Of a DNA stretch of 64,000 nt, positions 25,235-37,700 are shown one piece after another (within the stretch, counting starts at the first letter, position 1; the number at the start of each line of letters is the position of its first letter). The notes below the pieces were generated by a model. That model searched no databases. It saw nothing but the letters and a program-made list of their open reading frames with translations, and was not told where the DNA came from. The DNA lies in contig NC_087246.1 in assembly GCF_037042905.1 (NCBI RefSeq), positions 8,620,001-8,684,000 on the forward strand, read 5' to 3'. This DNA is from Lytechinus pictus. Its lineage: Eukaryota. The translations under genes and the position numbers were made by a program.

Positions 25235-25686
25235 TGATGCTGAGGCCATGAGGCCGAGATAGACAGCAGCGGACGGACCCGGCCTAGTAGTAGTAACTAA
25301 GAGGACTCAGCTCCGTCATGTCCGTGACCGTGTGATGATATTTTTTAAATGATTTTGTCATTTTGATATATTGTAGCCAAGAGGCTCCTAGGACCTAGTC
25401 CTAGTAGAGCATGTAGAGAGTAAAAATAATTTTCTAATGTCATTGTCAATGACAATGTACCGGCATGACCGGTACCATGATTGGACAGGAATAACCGTCG
25501 TTTCTGGGGATTTAACAATTTCTGACATTTAAATTTTTAGTTTTACTATCCGCCTACATGATGCATTCATCACCATCCTTCATTCTTTTGACGCTAGCAG
25601 AATTACATCATTTACAAGTAGGGCCTAGGCCTAGGCTATACAACCAAATGTGAAATGAGAGTAAACTTCAGGCTATTTATCTTAGT

Positions 25687-26906
25687 TAGACAGCTGGCAG
25701 TGGCAGCCGTCTGTTTCGATGAGTTTTTTAAACATTTTATTATTATTTTTTTTTTCTCCTCGTACACAGTCACAGACGGCTTGCTATCGTGCAGCCACCA
25801 TTAGGGGATTAATAATGCAAAATCCCCCCGACGGGGCACATCAATTTTTGTCTTTATTTCATAATAATATATAAAAAGAACTGTACCAAAATAAAGATTA
25901 TCATTCCGTTTTGGCCTGAAATGCACCAAAACGGGGAAAAATAAACTTAAAAGGGGAAAAAACAGTGACTTCGGCTGTCGCGCAACTTCACTTACCTGTT
26001 TTATCCGAACTTAATACACAAACATATACATGTATGGCCATTGAGTCCCTGTACAAATTGAGTTAGAACTTCGGAGACCGAAACTTTTGGTCTAGGGTAA
26101 TCTGTGACAGTTTTAATTTGACAATATATTCTTTAATTGCCTTTTATAACATCTCAAAGTAACGCCATGTGTAAAACTCGTGAGTCGTGTAGATTTGTTT
26201 TTCTTTCTTTTTTTGATGTGTGTTGTTTACTGCTTTTTTATGGTATTAAACTCATGTAGATTTTAAATCTAATTTCAAGTGACAAACAAAGGATTTGATT
26301 AAGCCCAGTTCCATCTAGCAATCTAGTTTTAACATAGCACAGTGCTCATTGATTCAGGGTCAGGTCAATCAGGTGTGAGTAAACCGGACATATTATCAAC
26401 CAATCCGCTTACCAGTGAACTAGACTTAATGCATGCAAACCTTAAAATGTCCATCGTAGACCAAAAGCTTCGGTCTCTGTTATGTTGGTTGTTCCACTGA
26501 ACTCCGTTGGCTCCACTCACCAATATAGAGACCGAAGTTCTAGCTCGATCTGTACAGGGACTCAATGGCCATATGTTTACATGTATGTATTAAGTTAGGA
26601 TAAAACAGGGAAGTGAAGTTGCGCGACAGCCAAAGTAAGTCACTGTTTTTATCCCTGTTAAGTTTATTTTTCCCCGTTTTGGTGCATTTCAGGCCAAAAC
26701 GGAATGATAATCTTTATTTTGGTACAGTTCATTTTAAATGTTTTTATGAAATAAAGAAAAAAATAGATGAACCCCGTCGGGGGGATTTTGCATTGTTAAC
26801 CCCCTAATGGTGGCTGCACGATAGCGAACCGTCTGTGTACGAGGATAAATTTAAAAAAATTAAAATGTTAACAAAATCCTCGAAACAGACGGCTGCCAGC
26901 TGTCTA
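25687..26906. mobile_element. Long-TIR (~380 bp) non-autonomous element with TAG...CTA ends (Academ-like)
   Basis: TAGACAGCTGGCAG...CTGCCAGCTGTCTA. Arms ~25687-26075 and ~26530-26906 are reverse complements. TSD not clean and superfamily tentative. Confidence 0.75.
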
Positions 26907-28574
26907 GTCCATCGTTGACATAGTTGATTTGATTCTAATTCTATTCAGGATTTCAGGTCGATAGATGTCACTGTGAATCTGTGATTTGTTGAAGAGCAAA
27001 ACGCTCGTACGTACCCTACCCCTCTCACTAAGGTTGGGGGCATGAAGCAGTCAGGTCAAATACACCAGCATTTCACCAAGAATGTAGAGCACCTTCTCAA
27101 GAATGGATGACACAGAATTTGTTCTTCCAGGCATTGCTTTGCTTTCCCATAAAATAGCCATCTGAAAATTATAGTAAACTTCCTAAATCCTAATGACAGA
27201 ACAGGCTACATATAATAAGCTTTCATTTAAAGTTGTAGTTCACATAAAACCAAATACAAATGCTCATCAGCATTAATCCGTCATGTCTTATATTATTATT
27301 AATCAACTTTGTCCTTCACAATCAATGATCAGAAACCTTCATGATAATTACTGCAAAGTCACTTTAAAATGGTATATTATTCCGAATGTCTTATGGAAAT
27401 CTCCTGTGAGCATATAATTCTTTTATTTCAATCTAAAGTGACAACCTAAGATTGCTTTACCATAATTATATACATGTATTTGCAAATTGACATCATGAAT
27501 ACCAACTCTACTCCCATAATGCCTTAACACTATCAGCTCAGCTCCTTTCATTATGAGCAAATTGATCGTCCAAATACACATTATTGGATGTTAATATTAT
27601 ATCAAAACTGCCAGTTGATATTTTAAAGCTGGCAAAATCAAAACTTGAAACTCCTGTCATTGAGGGTCTGATTGTTTCCTCTGTATCAATCGAAATGGTC
27701 TGAACTTTCTGTGTAGTCGTCTGTTTGTACTCCCTCCTTATCATCACGATCATACTTGTCATATATTATGATGTTCGACCAGAAATTATTAGGGGATGAT
27801 AACACAGGACATCCCCCTGTGTCTGAAATGGTGGGTGGGGGACATTTACATGTATGTAAATCCCACCCCCACCAATGACATAACAATGCAAAGGAATATA
27901 CATGTAGCAAAAAGTTGGATAGGTACATGTACATGTACAAACAGCAAATAACAGAAAAAATTAGGTTTTTTCATTTAAGAAAAAAAAAATTTAACCCGCT
28001 GTCCCAACTTGATATCTGACCTGGACAAGTGCATGCAATCCTACTAGTGCATACAGACTTACCATCAGGACACTATAGGAAATAATGTGATGTTACACAG
28101 TGTGCAGCATGTTTAATTCTTTTTTCTTGAAAAGTAAAAGTCATAAATTGTTTTTTATGTCATGTTCTTGTATCTATACTAGCTCTCATCCACTTTAAAA
28201 CCTGCTTTCAAAACATCTTCCTTGACCCATATATTGTGTGCATGCATATGTTGTACATTACAAATTTCCTACATGTACTTCCCTTTTTTCTTAGAACTGT
28301 GGGATTCCCAATATGCGTATAAACAAGGGTTGTTGAGTAAATATTTGTATAAATTGCCTCCTAAATTATCATGTACATGTACAATCCATTAAAAAGTTGA
28401 GTAAATATTTGTATAAATTCATTAAATTGCCTCTTAAATTCCTTTAAAGAGTAAGACACACTAGTCAACACAAAGTTACAGGTGACTTTTAAAGAAATGA
28501 ACAATGTTTATTAAATTGTATGCATCCAGCAGCCATGAATCAACAGAAGTCTTTCATACATACAGGTTTACTTA

Positions 28575-28794
28575 GGGGGTGTTGCAAGAAAATATTTGCA
28601 ATAAATCGCAAATATTCTGCTGCAATTTTACAATTGATTGATCACTTTTAACTACAGCAAATCAGATTACACTCCTTGTTTCATGGAGCAGATTAGCAAT
28701 CAATCTCAAATTTGAAATCAATTGCACGTCATATGCTTGATTTCGGGAATGAAAATAGACTTGCAATTGATCACAAGTTTCTTGCAACGCCCCA
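28575..28794. mobile_element. Harbinger-like MITE
   Basis: TTA|GGGGGTGTTGCAAGAAA...TTTCTTGCAACGCCCCA|TAA. Confidence 0.65.
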
Positions 28795-31428
28795 TAAGTC
28801 TCTTATTACTACAGTTGTAGTTCATTTGATGAGGGTGTTTGTTCAAAAATAATATTTGTTTGTAAATTCTTATTTACATGTATTCATGTTCACTGTTATT
28901 TACATGTATTCATGTTCACTGTTATTTTTTAAAAGTCATGTTTTATTGTTTAAACTAATGTGATGAAGGCTAACATAATACAATTCTAACCTAATAATTT
29001 CTTGAAAGTTTTCTTATTTTTGGAACCTTGAATAATGGGATTTCCCAAACCATCAATTCTTTTTGTTGTTGAATGTTTAAGTATGTACATTTTGTTTCAT
29101 CGGTGTACAGAAAGATTGAGGTTTGTATGTTATGTCTGTAGGTGTGTAATGAAATCTTTTTTTGTTGTTGAGTCAGTGGTAGGTTTGTAGGTCCATACTG
29201 TAAAAAAAGAATTGTAGGTTAGTACCAGTAGGTTGGTAGGTAATGAAGGAGGTTTGTAGGCCCTTAGGTTGGTAGGCAATGATGGGAAATGAGAATTGTA
29301 GGTTTTATTCTGGTAGGTACATGTATTATGAATGAGTCCTTAGGTCAGAATAGGTAATTAATGAAGGAAGATGAGAATTGTACATGTAGGTTTGTGAATT
29401 CATAGTGTACATGTAAAAGAAGAAAATATGAAAACCGTAGTGTACATGTAGACCTGTTTGTATGTCAGTACATTGAATGAAAAAGAGAAATTTTCAGAAT
29501 TTGAAAGTGACATTGCATTCACTGATCTTTAGATGGTGCTGTTTAAAATTGCATTTGCAAATATTTATAATTTAAAGCTATTCATAATGAATTATCGAAT
29601 ATCGACCCAAAATAAATGATGGATTATGCAAATCTTTCCACACATGTACATGTAATTCTTGTTCGTCCAACAGACTAAATGAAATTGTAAATATTATTTT
29701 TTTGGGTAAATATTAGGATGATAGTTGGTTTTTGTTGTGTCACCCGCCATGGCCACCCCAGGATATGAGGTTGTGGGTCAGGATATGAGGTTGTGGTTTT
29801 GGAGTATTATTACATGTACCGTACTTGTATAGCAAACAATGATAGTACAAATTGGAGGATTAAGAGTGTGCATCACAACAATAAGTGTTATTATTTCATG
29901 GGAGATGAATACATGAGGGAACTGATTAATATTGAAACTGCAATGTATGAATTTAAAAGGAAATCCAGCTCCAACCCAAAGAACGTGTGTGTAAATTTAT
30001 ACTCAAGGAGATAGAGAAACATGATTCCAAAAGAAAGACTTGACAGTGTTTGAAACTTTGTAGTCTAAAGATTGCCTGACAGAAAAGTTTGGAACCTCCA
30101 GGATTTGTACAATACTTTCAGAGGGATAATTAAATTTTATTGAAATGAATACTGTTCTTTGGAAAGGGTGGGGGGGGGGTCTGTGTTTTTAAAGAGTGAA
30201 GAGTCCATCTTTGGCTGTACACCCTGTGATTTCACTTTCTTTGCTAGTGGCAAGTTCCATAACATAAGCATGAGAAATTCCTTTTTTTTTTTATCATAGA
30301 CAATCACTTTATTGAGAGAATTTTAAAGAGGGTAAAATGTTGCGATCTCCAGGATGTGTTCTTTGATTCAGGGGTTATGCAATTTAGTGGAAGTGAGGCA
30401 CATGTACAGCTGTAATTTTTTTTTTGGGAAGAATAACAAATTGGCTGTACATCCAGTACAGGTACATGTACAGGAGTAGCAAACAGAGGTTAGCCTGCTG
30501 GACTGGCATGGCCTGTCTGACCATCTGACTTGGGCACATTTTTTTTCCTGTATGCTATTAACACAAATTAAGTGATTAATATTCATGCCCAGTCGGTCAA
30601 TCACAGAATTAAACTTCTGCCTGTACAAAAAGAATGGAAAAGTAGGTAAGAAATTAAGAAAAATTGTGTCAGGTAGAGTCATAAACAGAAAAACACTGAT
30701 GGTAATTGTTATTACAGGCTTCACAAAAAAAAACATCACAAACAGTTTCATTGGAACATGCTAAAAGCATTTTTTTCTTTGGGGGGGGGGTCATAAAAGG
30801 AGAGAGTTGTTTATTATCATTTTTTTTCTGTTTTAACAAAGCTAACTTGTTCCAAGAGTTCCCATAAACATAATTACATAATATCACCTTTCCTTAAAGT
30901 CATTATAATCTATTTCAAGACTGAAAGTATGATCAATCAATGTCCTTTCTAATAAAAGTACATGTATCTCTTTTTTTTCTAGGATCCTCTGGTCTATACT
31001 AAAAGATGATGTTGCAGTAATTGGCCAATTATACCTAGGTGCATAACAGAAGATGAAATGTGATTTGCTAGGTTTGAAGTCATCAGGTCCAAGTCCAGTG
31101 AAAGTGTCAAGTATCAGTCACATTTGTGCTTATTAAAAGGGAAAAGCAACTGAACTGAAGTGAGGAACGTGAAGCAAACAATTAGAGAAATGGGTTCATA
31201 TAAACTTGTGTAAGTTTTTGAACTCCTGCCATTTTCCAAGAAGTGTTCTAAGAATACTTGGATTGCTGTTTGTCAGTCTGTCATGTGCTCCAGTGCAAAG
31301 TCCTTGTGGAAAAAGCAAATAGAAGACTCTTCAAGGACAAAGTGATCACTCTTTACTTAGCTTTTCAGAGAAATTATTCATCAAAATCTTTCTTGAAACC
31401 ATTTTGGCGGAGTGATTTTCAAATCAAA

Positions 31429-31765
31429 ATGGCTTCTCCTACACTTGATCTACTGTGCTGCTCATTCTTTGGCATTGCCAATGAAACAAATATATCTAAC
31501 ACAGAGCCAGTGGAGAACTATAACATGACTGTCTTAGTGCCTGTAGATAACAAGTATCTTAGTAGAATTAAAACGTACTTCTACCTGTACAACTCAACCG
31601 TTGTTGTAATGTCTGCTATTAGTGTGTTAGGAAGCTTGTACATGCTGTTCCCACGGAAGAGATATACAACTAACCTTGACAGTGCTATCAGGCCTGGGTT
31701 GATGGAGATAAGACAGAAATGGATTCTCTTCTGGTTGTCTTTTGCAGATATCATGGCTTGTCTTG
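31429..31765 (+). CDS. GPR143: GPR143 coding exon 1 (N-terminus with N-glycosylation sequons, TM1, part of TM2)
   Basis: MASPTLDLLCC...LFWLSFADIMACL, then G|GTAAGA donor (phase 1). Confidence 0.9.
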
Positions 31766-34700
31766 GTAAGAATGTTAAAGATTGTTATTTCTTTGCTCTT
31801 ACTTAATCTTAGCTTTCCTTAATTTCTTGAATGGCTATCTTCATTTTTTGTCTTGCCCACATACTGTAGCAGAGCAATACTGTTGGTGCCTTGTGATGTT
31901 GATGTCAACATTGAAATATCAACCAAGACTAGGATATTGAAATGTCATCAGAACTTTGAAAGTGTCTTTTTCATGAAACTTGGACATAAGGTAATCAGGT
32001 ATTGCTTTACTGTCTTGCTCTAGTTTCATGTCAAGGTCGGAGGTTATTTAGGGTCAATTAACTTTGACCATGTTCTTGTATCAACATTGAAATCTTAACC
32101 TAGATTAAACTTTTAAAATGTCACCATGACTTATAAAGTATATGTATATTGAGAGTTTCAGGACACATGACCAAGGTAGAAGGTCATGTAGGGTCACAAA
32201 ATGTCAGTAACTGCTCTTCTGAAAATAATTCTTAATCATTTTCAGAGGATGCATGTAATTGTTTATAATGTTTACCTATAATGAAATGAATTTTGTAATA
32301 ATGTAATCTATTTCTATGCATATGTGTTTTTTTTCCCCTTACTCAGGTCTGATAGTACTAGCTAGTGAATCCCTCCATATTTTGGTCGTGTCTGATAAGA
32401 GTTTAACAAATAAATTAACAAGCAAGACATGGAAATGGCTCTGTACCCTAGCAACGGTGAGGAAGTAATGTGCTTTTGATACAAAAACTAGATGCTATTT
32501 GATTCTCTTGCATCATAGTATTTTTGTCTCGTCTTCCAGAGGTGTAGGCGAGACTTAGGGATCCAAATGTCGTCCGTCCGTCACAAACCTAATGACACAT
32601 AACTCCACAACCGTAAGTCGCTTTCCAACCAAACTTAGATGGTAGATGGACTTGGGGGACCTGCATGTTATACTGCAGTCGGAGATCACATGATAAGGTC
32701 AAAGGTCATTTTCAGGTCAACGTTAAAGTTTACATGCAAGACTTTCTTATGACACCTAACTCCGCAACCGTAAGTCGCTTTTCAACCAAACTTGGATGGT
32801 AGATGGACTTGGGGGACCTGTATGTAATGCTGCAGTCGGAGGTCACATGATAAGGTCAAAGGTCGTTTTCAGGTCAACGTTATAGTTTACATGCAAGACT
32901 CTCTTATGACACCTAACTCCGCAACCGTATGTCACTTTTCAAGCAAACTTGGGGGTTATGCTGCACTCGGAGGTCACATGGTAAGGTCAAAGGTCATTTT
33001 CAGGTCAACGTTAAAGTTTACATGCAAGACTTTCTTATGACACTTAACTCCGCAACTGTAAGTCACTTTTCAACCAAACTGGGATGGTAGATGGACTTGG
33101 GGGACCTGCATGTTATGCTGCAGTCAGAGGTCACATTGTTAGGTCAAAGGTCATTTTCAGGTCAACATTAAAGTTTACGTGCAAGGCTCTTATGACAAGT
33201 GTTATTCCATCCCAGTCATTTCACAATGAAGTTTTGATGCAATTCTGTTGCGTGTCCTCGCAAATCACAATATTTCTGGTTATTTTCATAAGTGGGCGAG
33301 ACACAAAATCGCTTTTGCCTTGTTTGGTGAATTTTGTACCTTATTTTGTTTAATTTGGCGAATCCCACAAATGTGGATGTTGTTCTAAATTTTTGTGTAC
33401 TTTTGGAGGAGATGAATTATGAATGTGGTATTGGATAAATATTGCTTTTTTTTTTTTTTTCAGGTGCCTAATCAACATAAAATAACTAGGTGTTTTTAAA
33501 AATCTTTTCATACATGGAATGGGATGAAAGTTTCGGATATAATCTTTTTGGTCTCACCTGAACAAAGTTTGGCAGAGACCTTACTGCGTCATTACTAGCA
33601 CTCTTCAGATGGTGCTCCTGCTACGTTGACTTTGGACATGTTCAAAGTCCACGTAGCGGAGAATGGGTTTCCAGAGTTGGAGATCATGCAGACTATGCCA
33701 TGTCAATAACAGTTCTCGCTACGCTCTCACTACGCAGTAGCAGTTCCAACTGCGCCATGACCATTTTTAGTTGACGTAGTGAAAACTGCATGGATGTAGC
33801 GTTGGTGTAAAGGGGTATTAACAAATACATGTACATAATTATAATTTAGTCGAATGTGTTTTACTACATGTGTGTTTTTCTTTTCTTTCTTTATTCTCTT
33901 GTTCTATGCAGGCGTGGATTCACTTTTTCTTCTTTGCAACGTATGTCTGGATAACATGTTATGCTATTGATGTCTTTCTCTTCCTTCAGAAAAAAACATG
34001 GTAAGCCTAAAACAATTGAAGTTATTGTCTATCCTGTGTATGCGCTGCAAAACTGTACAGTGAGGCTAGGAACTGTTGCATAAACATGATCACCAACACC
34101 AATAATTAAGATTGACAGATTACATACACACCAACTGACTTTAAGTCATAGGGCTGGACTCTTTTAGAAAGGGGATGACAGGGGTAGGGTGGGGGTTGGA
34201 AAGGGCAGACCCTACATGTACAGTATGTCCTGATTTTCCTCTTAAAAACAATTTTTGTAGTAAACTATAAGTTACAATCGTATGTGTGGATTTGTCAGAA
34301 TATTAAATTATTTCCATGGTATATGTTCAAATGTCAATATGTTTTATGCAACATGGTCTGGAGACCAGTTTCTCTCTGACATGGTCAACATACTTATAGA
34401 CATCGTTAATTAACTATTCAATCGAGTGAAAAAAGTTTGAAATGATTTGCACAGGTTAATATTATGTTTGTGTTTGAACTGATGTTGAATAAGAATATTA
34501 TATATTACTGCAAACTAATGTAATTGATGAACAGTTTGGGATTGTAATATCTTAATGACTATAGGCGCCGCTTTTCCGACGGCGGCGGCGGCGTCAACAT
34601 CAAATCTTAACCTAAGGTTAAGTTTTTGAAATGACATCATAACTTAGAAAGTATATGGATCTAGTTCATGAAACTTGGTCATAAGGTTAATCAAGTATTA

Positions 34701-37700
34701 GTGAACATCCTGCTCGAGTTTCAGGTCACGTGACCAAGGTCAAACGTCATTTAAGGTCAATGAACTTTTGCCAAGTTGGGGGTATTTGTTGAATTACCAT
34801 CATAACTATGAAAATTTATGGATTTAGTTCATGAAACTTGGACATTAGATTAATCAAGTACCACTGAATATCCTGTGCGAGTTTCAGGTCACATGACCAT
34901 GGTCAATGGTCATTTAAGGTCAATGAACTTTGGCCGTGTTGGGGGTATATGTTGAATTACCATCCTAACTCTGAAAGTTTATGGATCTAGTTATAAAACT
35001 TGGGATATAAGAGTAATCAAGCATCACTGAACATCCCCTGTGAGTTTCAGGTCACAAAACCAAGTCAAAGGTCAGTTAAGTTCAATAAACTTAGGCCATG
35101 TTGGGGTAATTGTTGAAGTGCCATCATAACTTTGAAAGTTTATGGATAGAGTGAATGAAATGTGGACATGGGTGTAGTTGACAGTCTTAAGTCTCCGTTC
35201 AAATGTCATTTATGGTCAATGAACGTGGTATTATGTCATTATATGAATTATGTTTTTTTGAATGATTATTTTATAGTAGTTTTCAAAGTTAGCACTGCTG
35301 CTATATTAAATTGCGTAATGCAGGCGAGACTGCCAGAGGCGTTCCACTTGTTATGTTTTGCTCTTTATTTGCAGGAAACATGCACTGAGATTTTACTTTG
35401 TCATCAGTTGGTTGCTTCCTATTGCCTTTCTTTCATTTGGATTATGGGCTCTTCACAGAACGACAGAACCAGAGTAAGTTGAATAGATCAGTTCAGAGTT
35501 ACATCATGAGCTAGTTTTCTCAAAGACCTTTCCTTTCTTCCATTGGGATAGGCAAATTTCAAAGCAAGATGTGTCATAAGCATGCCTGACATAGCAGGAT
35601 GCATTATTGCCTGGACCAGGTGACTAGAAAAGGACATCAATGAACACTTAATGGAAGTGCACTAGCATGCTGCTATTACAATGTACTTGGCCAACTGTTG
35701 AATACCAGTCGCTACAGTCCGACCTCTTTTTTTTCTGGACAAATTATGGAAAACATACACAAATCAGCCTTTTGGCTACTTTGCAAGGTTATCTTTCAAT
35801 AATATTGAAGTGAATTGAATTGAAAAATAGTATGTAACTACACACTATTTCACTGCTGTCTGGGAAAAATTATTGGCAGGTTTTTACAGAAATGAAATCA
35901 GTTTTTTTTTTTCAAACTCTTGGAAGAATTTACCTGCCTAAATTATTGAGGAATATATTGAGCAGGTCTTGGAAAGAAAGAGAATGAGTAAAAAAACTGA
36001 AGTTTCTCAATTCAACCTTCACGGCTTCGCGAAGTCAGCGATTGTTAGAATGACGACAGGCTGAAGTATGATAGATGGTGCTGTCTGTGATGCAAGACTT
36101 TTGTGTTGCTTTTTCCCCCGAAATGAAAAGAAAACAATAAACAATACAAAGCTCATATTTTCATTCTTGAATAAAACTCAGTGATTCTGTTTATTCTAAG
36201 TGCTGCGTTTTATTGTGTTTTTTGTGCATGTGACCTTCATGCAAAAGGAGCATGATCAATTTTGCTTGAAAAGCTGATTCAGCTGTCCTCCCATGCATAT
36301 GCTTGTGCAAGGTTGCATCATGCCCTGATTTAATGAAATATTGTCCTCTATGTTCTTTCGGTTATTTGGGTAGGATAGTTTTTATAAGAATTTGTGTGGT
36401 CGTATGTTAATTATATTGTCAAATTATATGTAATTGATTTGAGTTTGTGTAGGAATGTTGATTTTAGGTTGAAATCTACGTATTTATTAAATTATTAAAA
36501 AAAAATCGGCAAGTGTGCATGAGGATGGTAGAGGGATGTGGAGAAAGTGAGGCCAGATATTGAGAGGTCAGACTGTCATCAACACATTGTTGCTTTCCAG
36601 AGGATGTAATGAAAATCACAATTTAAAAGAAAGATATGAATAATCAAGACATCAAAGTTGATGCTTATTAGCCTAGTGCTTATCTCATTGAATGAGACCT
36701 TACATGTCTGTGATCCAGGGCACAGCCCAAACCTACACAGCCAGAGCAAGAGAGGTTCGCTGCTGAAATCAAGCATGCTCTTGTATTGTGGTACATGCAG
36801 TTTCAGAGGCCTGGTTTTCATCATGCCTAATAAATCATAGTTGTCAAGACCCTGTATTTTACACTCTGTAGTCAGTTCCTTAGACCCCCCCCCATTTCAA
36901 GAATTTGTGAGGCACACCCCTTTCAAATCATAATTCGAGTCTCCCCCCACAGAACTCCACTTGCCTCCCTCTCACCTCTCTATCTCTCTGTTTGTGTTTC
37001 CCCTATCTCCCCCTTTCCTCTGATTTTTGCTTTTCAATATTTGTTTGAAATCAGATGGGCCTGTTCAGCAAAGAAAGGGGATGAGCTTCTCTTGGAGGCC
37101 TACTACTTATGCTTGTTTGTACCTATGGTGATTGTCCTCATTCTGAACCCTATCATATATATTCTGGCAGTGAGGAAGGGTGAGTAGTCAATGATGCATA
37201 CCTGTATTTTCAAATGCTATCTGTGTGCCGTTTCAAAGATCTGGTTATCAGTTTATGCATGAAGTTACATACGAGTAGACATGTTTTTGTGATGAATAAC
37301 GTACACCACAATGTTGAACTATATAATATAATTTATGTATTTTACAAATGATGGAAAAGTGATCTCTTTATCAGCAGCCAAGATCGGAGGGGGGGGGGTC
37401 AATTTAATTCCCTTCCAATTCAAAACTTGGTATGAAATAGCTCAATTAAAATAGGCTTATTGGATATTTCAGTCAATAAAAGACTTAATTGACTTGTCCT
37501 ACAACTCCATCTTAAATCTGATGTGATCTGTTGTTTCTTATTGATAAATGGAGCCCACGAACATAACTAAGTTCAAACTCAATAATTCTATTTATTTGGG
37601 GAATTATGAATTGGCATTTATTGTATTTTTATGCATATTATTTCTTTCTTTTTTTAGCTTTGGTAGAATGTGATCCTCTCCCATCCTGTCCAACATTTAG

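Noticed and set aside
31258..31428. TTG-initiated N-terminal extension of GPR143
   Set aside because: Family homology begins at MASP (31429); non-ATG start unsupported.
32521..35352. Regularly spaced repeats as a CRISPR-like array
   Set aside because: Whole ~157-bp units repeat with no unique spacers; eukaryotic HINE architecture and no cas genes.
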